Assembly: GCA_964451495.1 (NCBI GenBank)
Contig: CAYVHS010000005.1
Coordinates: 8,926 to 72,925 of the forward strand
DNA from: an uncultured Bdellovibrionales bacterium
GTDB lineage: Bacteria > Patescibacteriota > Minisyncoccia > Moranbacterales > UBA1568
DNA length: 64,000 nt
Reading direction: 5' to 3'
Positions 50,965 through 58,985 of this stretch are shown here, in pieces. A model generated the notes under the pieces. That model had not been told where the DNA came from and ran no database searches. It was given only the letters and a program-made list of their open reading frames with translations. Each line of letters starts with the position of its first letter. Position 1 is the first letter of the stretch. The position numbers and the translations under genes were made by a program.

Positions 50965-51351
50965 CTATTTCTCTCCAGCTGCTGCCGCCATTGCTCTAGC
51001 CCGCCTCTTCCTGAGATTTTTCCTAGCTTCCAAAAGGAAAACGCTCTGGCGCCGCTGTTCGATGAAACCAGCCGGAGAAATAGGCCCCGAAGTACCATTA
51101 CGCTTGAAAAAGCGAAAAGTGTAGCGGGCATCGCTTTGTTTGGCTGCCCGGAGCTTGGCTACAAAATGCCCCGGAATCTCCCAGACATCACGTCTTTTAC
51201 CATCGCTACACAGCATGTCGGGATGTTTGACCCCTTCGGCCTCACCAATCCCAATCTCGGCCAGCGCTGCTGCGAGACTCTCGTTTGGAATCTGATTATT
51301 GCCGCACCCGATGAACCACTGCACATTCGCCTTCTTTTTCTCTGTTGCCAT
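50965..51351 (-). CDS. Hypothetical orphan protein
   Basis: SD AAGGAG; TTGACA-N17-TAGTAT at 51409-51437; terminator ~50908-50948. Confidence 0.65.
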   Translation of the reverse strand: MATEKKKANVQWFIGCGNNQIPNESLAAALAEIGIGEAEGVKHPDMLCSDGKRRDVWEIPGHFVAKLRAAKQSDARYTFRFFKRNGTSGPISPAGFIEQRRQSVFLLEARKNLRKRRARAMAAAAGEK

Positions 51352-51465
51352 CGCACTGCTCCTTTGCAAGATTGTTGTTCAAGAACTACTCCACTTTTAT
51401 AACTGATAATACTATCGAAAAAATCACATTATGTCAATCCAAACCCCGACCCGCTACGCTCTGTG

Positions 51466-51539
51466 TTACGTAATTTACCCTATGAAATTGCTCGTTTTGA
51501 GCACCTGCGGAGCAGGATTTCACAGGGCGAATTACGTAA
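51466..51539. repeat. T-shaped palindromic element
   Basis: 23-bp outer stem TTACGTAATTTACCCTATGAAAT/ATTTCACAGGGCGAATTACGTAA (3 non-Watson-Crick positions) with two inner hairpins TGCTC-GTTTT-GAGCA and CCTGC-GGA-GCAGG. Confidence 0.8.
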
Positions 51540-51821
51540 TTATACATACTGAGAACAGAGATAGAGGAGCGCGAGATTTTCAGTCATGAGCATAGGAATA
51601 CCGATGATGAAATACCATTTGTTCGTCTTGTGCCGGAAAGCAAACATGCCGAGATACACCCCGACACTCCCGAACATCGTCGCCATGAAAAAGAGTAGGC
51701 CCTCGGAGATTCGCTCCGCCCCCAGCCGCTTCGAGCGCATCTTGTCCCAGAGCATCATGAGAAACGCCGCTGTATTAAGAGCAATATAAAGGGCTGTCAA
51801 AAAAGAGATACTATCAGTCAT
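51540..51821 (-). CDS. DUF1294 family membrane protein
   Basis: DKMRS...RISE..L...G..G...FRHKT.K. Confidence 0.88.
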   Translation of the reverse strand: MTDSISFLTALYIALNTAAFLMMLWDKMRSKRLGAERISEGLLFFMATMFGSVGVYLGMFAFRHKTNKWYFIIGIPMLMTENLALLYLCSQYV

Positions 51822-52150
51822 CTTGATTTTGTTTTACGCTTTGGAACAGGCAGATGTTTCGCCGTGATACGGATAAGTTCGCAGAGCCACTCATGATCTT
51901 CGATTCGGTCCTCATCGATACGTATCGACGGTTTGGCTCCGGGATAGGCATTGCCCTCCTCGTATCCTGCACCGACGAATATCTTTCCTTCCTCGGTGAT
52001 CTTCACAAAAAGTTGATCATCACAAACGAGCGCCACAACTTTGTCGCCACAATAAAGAGCATATTCACCGAACATCTTGCGCGAATGAATCTCTGACACA
52101 TCCGCCAGCTGATCCTCAATATATTCGATAGTCGATTGCTTCGTCGCCAT
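51818..52150 (-). CDS. TfoX/Sxy N-terminal domain protein
   Basis: RKMFGEYALY, VCDDQLFVK, YPGAKP. Confidence 0.88.
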   Translation of the reverse strand: MATKQSTIEYIEDQLADVSEIHSRKMFGEYALYCGDKVVALVCDDQLFVKITEEGKIFVGAGYEEGNAYPGAKPSIRIDEDRIEDHEWLCELIRITAKHLPVPKRKTKSR

Positions 52151-52344
52151 ACTCAAATCATCATTCTTCACCTTTCAATTATACACCACAGCGAAAGACA
52201 TAAAAAAACCAGGAGGCACAAAAATCTGTACCCTCCTGGTAAAGCGGATCACTGATTCACAGGGCCCTCTGAAACTCGACGAGCGACCAGCCTGTCAAAG
52301 ATTCAAAGGCTCGATGGTATGCTCCTATACCGGCCTTTATCCTT

Positions 52345-52809
52345 TTAGGACCTAAGTGCTTCATCGATCAATCTCTGAGTCTCATTGGGAGCAATCGTCA
52401 CGATATGTAGATCCGCAAAAGTATTCATGACAGTGACATTCTGAAATTTTCTCGGCACGACCTGCCAATGGAGGTGCGCAATCGACGCCCCGGATTCCGG
52501 ACCAGTATTGAGCCCGACATTGAACGACTGTGTCTTGAATATCCTGCCCAATACTTCCTGCGTCCGTACTAATACCACACCAAATTCCTGCCATTCCTCC
52601 ACGCTCATATCGCCAATCTTTTCGATATGCCTCATAGGAATAAGCATAACATTGCCATCCATATACGGGAAACGATTGACTACCACGCGCCAATACTTTC
52701 CAGTCAATCCCGGGCACTCCAAAACCTCGTCCCTCTCACAAAAAACACATACAGCGTCATCTGAAAATTTTCGCTTGTAACCTGCCCTGCCTGTATCGAG
52801 TATTCGCAT
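52345..52809 (-). CDS. HIT-superfamily protein (HxHxQ, Ap4A phosphorylase-like)
   Basis: CVFC, NRFPY..G, FNVGLNTG..SGASIAHLHWQVVPR. Confidence 0.85.
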   Translation of the reverse strand: MRILDTGRAGYKRKFSDDAVCVFCERDEVLECPGLTGKYWRVVVNRFPYMDGNVMLIPMRHIEKIGDMSVEEWQEFGVVLVRTQEVLGRIFKTQSFNVGLNTGPESGASIAHLHWQVVPRKFQNVTVMNTFADLHIVTIAPNETQRLIDEALRS

Positions 52810-52850
52810 AAAAAGAAATGGGCCGCTTTGAGAAACGGCCACAAATTAAT

Positions 52851-53336
52851 TCATTGATTGGTGAATCGCCTGATGATATCAGTAGTCGACTCATTCTTTG
52901 TCGCACCAAGCTCGATAATCCGAGTGCCGATGCTTGTGAGCAATGCGAAACGTCGTCTATCGTCACACACGCGAACGTGCGAAGTCGACGAGGCCACATA
53001 GATATCGGGTTTGACCGCTGTGATTAATTCGTCATCAGAATCAAAAACAACAACCCAATCTACCGGTGAAAATCCAGCCAAAGTAAAGGCTCGATCATCC
53101 TGGCCACGCACTGGTCGACTCGCACCTTTGAGTGCTCTGACTGATACATCGCTATTAATACCTACTACGAGAGTAGGCCCAAATTCTGACGCATCACAGA
53201 TATATTCGAGATGCCCGCCGTGCAAAAGATCAAAACATCCGCTCGTCAGAACAATGCTCTCGCCAGCATGTTTACCCGTCTGGCAAATCTGGGATAATTG
53301 TTCCAGTGTCGCGACTATCTTGTTTCTCGGATGCAT
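52851..53336 (-). CDS. Cytidylyltransferase-family protein (RfaE domain II-like)
   Basis: TSGCFDLLHGGH, VVGINSD.SV..LKG..RP, STTDII. Confidence 0.85.
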   Translation of the reverse strand: MHPRNKIVATLEQLSQICQTGKHAGESIVLTSGCFDLLHGGHLEYICDASEFGPTLVVGINSDVSVRALKGASRPVRGQDDRAFTLAGFSPVDWVVVFDSDDELITAVKPDIYVASSTSHVRVCDDRRRFALLTSIGTRIIELGATKNESTTDIIRRFTNQ

Positions 53337-53485
53337 GATACGTCCTCCCTATCGAAATGTACTGCTCATAAAGTACACCAAAAAATCACTAAGCGCAAGA
53401 CGGACATCCTCCGCGCCGACACCTGATGCGATACAACTGTTTCGTGATAAGAGGAGCCCTATCAAAGGATACTTCTCACGTGGCG

Positions 53486-54376
53486 TCACTGTGACTTTTT
53501 GCCTCCGAAATGTTCTAAGGCACGTAAGACTTCGATTGGCGTCACAAAAATGAGTGTATTGGACTGATCAGACGAAACATCATTGATCGTATTGAGCGTA
53601 CGCAGATGGAGCGCTCCATCGGCTGATGTGAGGATAGTCGCTGCTTTGGCCAGGTTTTCTGCCGCAATCACTTCACCCTCGGCTTTGATGATGACGGAAC
53701 GCTTCTCTCTTTCGGCTTCTGCTTGCTTGCCGATGACGCGCTTCATCTCTTCTGGTAGCGTCACGTCTTTGAGCTCGACTGAGTTGACCTTGACTCCCCA
53801 GACATCCGTGGCCGCATCCACGATAGTCCGGATGCGTTCGGCGATAGCATCACGCTTGGAAAGGAGTTCATCGAGATCGACTTCTCCGACGACATTGCGC
53901 ATTGTCGTCTGCGCCAGCTGTGACACCGCGTAGTAGACATCCTCTACTTCCAAGATAGCCTTTTCTGCTTCGGAAATCTTGTAGTAGATGACGGCGTTCA
54001 CGGTGACGGAAATATTGTCCTTGGTGATAGCTTCTTGATTCGGCACGTCTACCGCACGCACGCGCATATCGATTTTCTGATACGACTGAAATACTGGGAT
54101 AACGAGCCTCCAGCCAGGAGCCATGAGTCCGGTGAATTTTCCGATGGTAAATTTCACCCCGCGCTCATACTGATTGATCTGTTTGATAGAGAGCAACAGA
54201 ATAACGACGAGGATGATGAGCAATATAAGAGGCATATTGAATTCAAAAATATTTAAAAGCGTCATAATCGGTCCAGAAAACACAATGGCTCCAAACACGA
54301 GAAAAAACGGAAGTTTGTATTTCTCGAGAGACCGGGCGAGTTTTTCCGGGTCGATCTGACTCATGTCTTGCTTCAT
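53486..54376 (-). CDS. SPFH/stomatin (slipin) family protein
   Basis: YERGVKF, QEAITKDN, AQTTMR, QAEAEREKR, LRTL. Confidence 0.92.
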   Translation of the reverse strand: MKQDMSQIDPEKLARSLEKYKLPFFLVFGAIVFSGPIMTLLNIFEFNMPLILLIILVVILLLSIKQINQYERGVKFTIGKFTGLMAPGWRLVIPVFQSYQKIDMRVRAVDVPNQEAITKDNISVTVNAVIYYKISEAEKAILEVEDVYYAVSQLAQTTMRNVVGEVDLDELLSKRDAIAERIRTIVDAATDVWGVKVNSVELKDVTLPEEMKRVIGKQAEAEREKRSVIIKAEGEVIAAENLAKAATILTSADGALHLRTLNTINDVSSDQSNTLIFVTPIEVLRALEHFGGKKSQ

Positions 54377-54515
54377 AGATTAATTATTTAATACATAACA
54401 CACTCTCAGTATATCACTTCTCAACCACCCTTGTATCACCCCTACATCCTTCGAGTTCCCGAAAAAACGACCGCTCCCGTGCGGTAAAATACTCTACATC
54501 ACTAAATATCTCGAT

Positions 54516-54686
54516 TTACCGAGGCGGCAGAAACGGGGCAAAAGTAATCCCTAGATAATACGGCCAGATGACAGCTGCCAGCACCCCCTGCCAGAATGTC
54601 AGATGCAAGAAGCCAATAGTGAATATCCAAGCCGCTATCCACAGCCCACCCGAAAAGACATGATTTTCAATCTTGATTTTTTCCAT
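54516..54686 (-). CDS. 56-aa membrane protein (below the ORF-track cutoff)
   Basis: Manual translation MEKIKIENHVFSGGLWIAAWIFTIGFLHLTFWQGVLAAVIWPYYLGITFAPFLPPR, 10 bp after the PspC gene stop. Confidence 0.75.
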   Translation of the reverse strand: MEKIKIENHVFSGGLWIAAWIFTIGFLHLTFWQGVLAAVIWPYYLGITFAPFLPPR

Positions 54687-54696
54687 ATGAGTATGA

Positions 54697-54918
54697 TTAT
54701 CCCTGTGCCGATGGTGTCTCTGCCTTTGCTACCGGTCGCACTGGCATGACAAAAACAGCGAAAATATAGGCGATGACGCCAGGTACAAATCCAGTAAAGA
54801 CCGTGAGTAAAACCCAAAGGAGCCGGAGAACCACCGGATCAATATCCCAATATTCCCCCAAACCGCCACACACCCCCGCCAACGTCTTATTCGTATTACT
54901 CCGATAGAGATGCTTCAT
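54697..54918 (-). CDS. PspC-domain protein
   Basis: LYRSNTNKTLAGVCGGLGEYWDIDPVVLRL. Confidence 0.92.
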   Translation of the reverse strand: MKHLYRSNTNKTLAGVCGGLGEYWDIDPVVLRLLWVLLTVFTGFVPGVIAYIFAVFVMPVRPVAKAETPSAQG

Positions 54919-55007
54919 AGGTATTCGTCTTTATGGATTACATATGTAATAGTATCTTCGGCTTTGTTTTCTTTCACGAGTGCAGACCAAGTCACTCAAA
55001 GGCTGTT

Positions 55008-55604
55008 TTACTTGGGTTTGCGAACCACAAAGAAAAACAGTGTCGCCGCGATAGCCCCGAGGGTATCTGCGAGCATGTCCTTTTGCGCATCCCAGATATC
55101 ACCCTGGCTGCCCAAATAGGCCATAGCATCGGCAGCATTGGACTGTGCAGCATAGATCCACTCGACCAATTCATAACTCATGGCGATAGTCGCGATGACA
55201 AAAACAGGATACGTGAACAGCAGAAATCTATTGGCTACCAATTTTTTGCTCCAGAGCCACTCTGCGATAGCGAAGGCATAAAACCCGACCGAAAAATGTG
55301 CCATCCGATCGAAATGATTGCGAGAGAATCCGAAAAAATCAGTCACCCAATCAAACGGCACGAGCGCGAACGTATAGTGGCCTCCGATAGTATGCAAATA
55401 GATGAGCACAAACATGAGCGCATACGCGAGCCTCGAAAAGCACACCCCTCCCCAGTACAGGCCGCAGATGACCGCGAGAATAATCCAGACCGTCACATTC
55501 TCGGCAAACCAGGTCGTCCGGTCTATCGGATTGATAGCCAAAGCAGTAAAGAGTACGACATAGATCGCTAGCAAACCTCCCAAAAATTTTGATGAATTCT
55601 CCAT
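55008..55604 (-). CDS. DUF2238 (YjdF-like) membrane protein
   Basis: IGGHYTFALVP, RNHFDRMAHF, YELVEW, GSQGDIWDAQKDM. Confidence 0.9.
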   Translation of the reverse strand: MENSSKFLGGLLAIYVVLFTALAINPIDRTTWFAENVTVWIILAVICGLYWGGVCFSRLAYALMFVLIYLHTIGGHYTFALVPFDWVTDFFGFSRNHFDRMAHFSVGFYAFAIAEWLWSKKLVANRFLLFTYPVFVIATIAMSYELVEWIYAAQSNAADAMAYLGSQGDIWDAQKDMLADTLGAIAATLFFFVVRKPK

Positions 55605-56063
55605 ATTCTCATGCGTTATTTGTTTCCTCTATTATATCATCTCGCCAGCACCCATCCCAATCTAAAGACTAGGAATTTATATCAAAAAGGTACTTGACCC
55701 CTTTTCTTCTCGACGGCCCATTTCGACTCGAATCGAGGCGAGCACGGCGGGCGGCCGTCAGGTGAGGTAACATTTTAAAATTTGAACGAGAGGAATTGAA
55801 TATAGTTGGAAAAAAGACAACTAGAAAATAACCGATTGATCTTGACCACCACCCTACCCCCGATGAATGTCTTCGCCAGCTACAAAGATTTCGATGTATT
55901 CGCAATCATACAGGTGACTCATTACGTAACTGGTTACGTATATTCTATCACCAAAAAACCCTGTCTAAAAACGAGTTTTCCCAGGAGAAATGCCTGGTGA
56001 GCGTAGTAATGTTGTAAAAAAAGAAGCCTATTCCCCGTTTGGGAAATAGGCCCTGGGCGCTGT

Positions 56064-56579
56064 TCATGGCAACGCTGAGGCGCAGATGGCCTCGCACATG
56101 ATATCAGTCAGTTTATCTGTGTTGTAGCCAAACAGTACTGGCGGACGTCCACCTGCCTCGATAGAGACTATTTGTCTCCAATCACAAGGAAGGCAAATGA
56201 TCTCGCACTGCGTATCAAGCGAAAGGCCATTGGCATAGAAGAGGTCGTCTATGGTCGTCATGTCTATACCAATGGCTCTGACGACAGAAGGAATCCTCCT
56301 CATACGACCGAAATCACTCTTCTCCCACGGAACATACTGACAATCATGCGCATGGAGATGAAACCAACCAGATACTCTCTTTGCGACATAACACTCCCCC
56401 AGGTACCGATCGTACTGATCGAGGGTTACTTCAAAAAGCAAATGCACGTACATCTCTTCCTGGGCGACATCATCCGAAACAGCATTACCGAAAAGATACA
56501 CGATAATATGCTGTTGCCGCAACAGAGCCTCCAACTCGTGAGCAAGGCGAATTGCCTGTTCTCTCGTCACATTTTCCAC
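56064..56579 (-). CDS. Orphan protein with degenerate nucleotidyltransferase-like pattern (paralogue of 46375-46926)
   Basis: GTG after GAGGAG; YLFGN...VHLLFEV...YDRY...IICLPCDW; terminator ~56016-56053. Confidence 0.6.
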   Translation of the reverse strand: MENVTREQAIRLAHELEALLRQQHIIVYLFGNAVSDDVAQEEMYVHLLFEVTLDQYDRYLGECYVAKRVSGWFHLHAHDCQYVPWEKSDFGRMRRIPSVVRAIGIDMTTIDDLFYANGLSLDTQCEIICLPCDWRQIVSIEAGGRPPVLFGYNTDKLTDIMCEAICASALP

Positions 56580-56695
56580 GGAACACTCCTCATAATAAAA
56601 AACTACCCTCCAGTATAGCACAAAACAGACGCTACGAATATCCTGGGCATCTGCAGCGAATTCAGACCATAAAATCCTCTTACACTGTTTTCACT

Positions 56696-56914
56696 TCAAA
56701 GCTTGCCGAGTTCTTTCAGGTCTTTGTCAGGAAGATATAAAATGAGAAGTCCCACGATAATGCCCCCCACCGAGGTATAGACCAGATTGCCACCCAGCAA
56801 TTCGATATCGATGATATCGAGGAGATGCCAGATACCGCGCCAGACGAACACTACACCGACGACAACAGCGATGTTATGTGTAAAATACCGAATGATATGA
56901 TGCCGGGTGAACAT
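56696..56914 (-). CDS. Small two-TM membrane protein
   Basis: VVFVWRGIWHLLD...GLLIL pattern. Confidence 0.7.
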   Translation of the reverse strand: MFTRHHIIRYFTHNIAVVVGVVFVWRGIWHLLDIIDIELLGGNLVYTSVGGIIVGLLILYLPDKDLKELGKL

Positions 56915-57093
56915 AAAGTATCGATTAGCAGGTTACTATGGAAGTATATCATAGACAATGGTATACGTACTCTGCATAATCTCTCATGCGTCACGAGGGG
57001 TCCTGTCTTTCATCACATACGAACTTGTCCAGGTAGCCCGTGCCCACGAAGAGGAGTATACTAGAAAGTGTCGTATCATTCATCTGCACGCCT

Positions 57094-57612
57094 ATGGAAC
57101 ACAATCAACCCACCGAACAGGAAATTCCCCGTCTCCAAGCCCTGGCTCTGGCTGCTCCAGAATACCTGGGATCACCGACTTCCCTCATCATCCATACGGT
57201 ATTTTTTGTCGGGATTTTTGTGCTACAACTTTTCGGCTTCTCGTTCGACCAGGTCATGCTCATCCTGACCACGCTCGTCTCACTCGAAGCTATCTATCTT
57301 TCGCTCTTCATCCAGATCACTGTCAATCAGCATGCCAGACAGATCGAGGAAGTCAGCGAAGACGTGGAAGAGCTCGGCGAGGATGTCGAGGAGATTTCCA
57401 AGGACATCGATATCATCCAAGAAGACGTCAAAGAGATTGGTGAGGATGTCGAGGATATTTCCGAGGATGTGGAAGAGCTCGGCGAAGAAATCGAACAAGA
57501 TGACCATGAAGACGCTATCGAACGCACCGAGGATCAGAAACGTATCGATCGCATCGAATCTGCCATCGAAATTCTCCTCAAAGAAATTCAGGCTATCAAA
57601 AAAGAAAAGTAG
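57094..57612 (+). CDS. DUF1003-like membrane protein with acidic heptad-repeat coiled coil
   Basis: GSPTSLIIHT, LTTLVSLEAIYLSLFIQ; EDVEELG-type repeats; terminator 57639-57662. Confidence 0.75.
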   Translation: MEHNQPTEQEIPRLQALALAAPEYLGSPTSLIIHTVFFVGIFVLQLFGFSFDQVMLILTTLVSLEAIYLSLFIQITVNQHARQIEEVSEDVEELGEDVEEISKDIDIIQEDVKEIGEDVEDISEDVEELGEEIEQDDHEDAIERTEDQKRIDRIESAIEILLKEIQAIKKEK

Positions 57613-57678
57613 TTGTTCTGCAGACTACTCATTCATGCGCCCGGCACATCGCCGGGCTTTTCGTTTCTACAAGAAGAC

Positions 57679-58182
57679 TCATATCTTGCGACTGTCGTAG
57701 GCCCAGTGGAGCAATGCCTGACGCTGACGTGGTCGACAGAAGATATCACCCCTCCGGCAATGACGTGCGAGCTGAGCAATATGCCTCTGTATGGCTCGCC
57801 ATCGTTTGACCTGCCTTTCATCCTCGCCCGGAATGCGCCGGCCCATATAGTAGCGACAATACCACTGAAACCATCCCCGAGGATCATCGGGAAATATCCA
57901 TCCTTTGGCTCGCCAGACTGCGAGGGATTGGCTCGCATCAACATTGAAGCAATTGAGGCTTGGGTTTCGTTTCTCTGGGGAAAGTTTGGCATGAGAAAAC
58001 CAGTTTCCAGGAAATTCTTCTCGACAATCCGTCATATATTTACCACCAAAAACACCCAAAGAAAGCATCTGCTCGGGTGTCAGATCTGGCTTGAAATCAG
58101 GATGAAAATGCTTGCCTATCGGCTCGGAAAGCTCATACTGATATCCATCCTGCATCGTATCGTGCACCACGACTCGTTTCAT
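57679..58182 (-). CDS. Conserved hypothetical protein (DPRGWFQWYCRY family)
   Basis: LTPEQML.LGVFGGKY, DPRGWFQWYCRYYMGRR, RQALLHWAY. Confidence 0.75.
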   Translation of the reverse strand: MKRVVVHDTMQDGYQYELSEPIGKHFHPDFKPDLTPEQMLSLGVFGGKYMTDCREEFPGNWFSHAKLSPEKRNPSLNCFNVDASQSLAVWRAKGWIFPDDPRGWFQWYCRYYMGRRIPGEDERQVKRWRAIQRHIAQLARHCRRGDIFCRPRQRQALLHWAYDSRKI

Positions 58183-58193
58183 AGGAGAAGGGT

Positions 58194-58673
58194 TTAGGAT
58201 TTTTTCAATGCTTTCACATCAGCGAGGATTTTTTCAGCGTGATCATCAGGTTTTACATTGCTATAGATCTGAGCGATCTTGCCGGTCGGTGCGATGAGAA
58301 ATGTCGTCCGGAACACACCCATATATTCACGACCCATGAATTTCTTTTTGCCCCAAACGCTATAGAGTGTCACGACTTTCTTTTCTTCATCAGAGAGGAG
58401 CGTGAATGGCAACGAAAATTTCTCGATAAATTTACGGTGTTTGAGTGCTGAGTCAGGGGAAACACCGAGTACCACGACACCGGCGCGTTTGAACTTGGCA
58501 TACCCATCACGAAACCCGCACGCCTCCATCGTACAGCCAGGAGTATTGTCTTTGGGATAAAAATACAGAACAACCCATTTGCCTTCGTACTGCTTGAGCG
58601 TGTGGATGACATCATTCTGATCAGGCAAGCTCATCGCTGGTGCTTTCTGACCTATTCTCGGTGGCATGTGCAT
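58194..58673 (-). CDS. bcp: Peroxiredoxin BCP
   Basis: LYFYPKDNTPGCTMEACGFRD. Confidence 0.95.
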   Translation of the reverse strand: MHMPPRIGQKAPAMSLPDQNDVIHTLKQYEGKWVVLYFYPKDNTPGCTMEACGFRDGYAKFKRAGVVVLGVSPDSALKHRKFIEKFSLPFTLLSDEEKKVVTLYSVWGKKKFMGREYMGVFRTTFLIAPTGKIAQIYSNVKPDDHAEKILADVKALKKS

Positions 58674-58722
58674 AGGATTGAATTCATAAATAATAAAAGG
58701 ATTGGTAACTACTACATCTGCG

Positions 58723-58977
58723 TCATAGAGCTCCTTCTCTCTTAAGCAATCGGGCTTTGACTAGTGTACCGCCACGATTATACTGCCCGAGCGTCCCATC
58801 ACTACGGATGACCCGATGGCATGGAATGGCTGGATTGAGATTCTTGCGCATAATAGAGCCGACCGCACGAGCTGCTCCCGGATTGCCAGCCTGAGCGGCT
58901 ACTTCAGCATACGAGAGCGTCTCTCCTCTAGGGATAGTGGCTACGATACCCAAAACTTTTTCGGTGAATGTCTTCAT
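58723..58977 (-). CDS. Single-domain O6-methylguanine-DNA methyltransferase (MGMT/Ogt-like)
   Basis: IPRGETLSY, AARAVG, IPCHRVI with active-site Cys. Confidence 0.9.
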   Translation of the reverse strand: MKTFTEKVLGIVATIPRGETLSYAEVAAQAGNPGAARAVGSIMRKNLNPAIPCHRVIRSDGTLGQYNRGGTLVKARLLKREGAL

Positions 58978-58985
58978 GTGTTTTA

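Noticed and set aside
52262-52336. Cloverleaf-like fold downstream of the HIT gene considered as a tRNA
   Set aside because: No T-loop GTTCRA, no proper 7-bp acceptor stem and no CCA end; kept only as a possible structured trailer.
55669-56000. Short ORFs and a gacggcc...ggccgtc hairpin in the 55.6-56.0 kb spacer
   Set aside because: No convincing start signals or motifs; the hairpin alone is too weak to classify.
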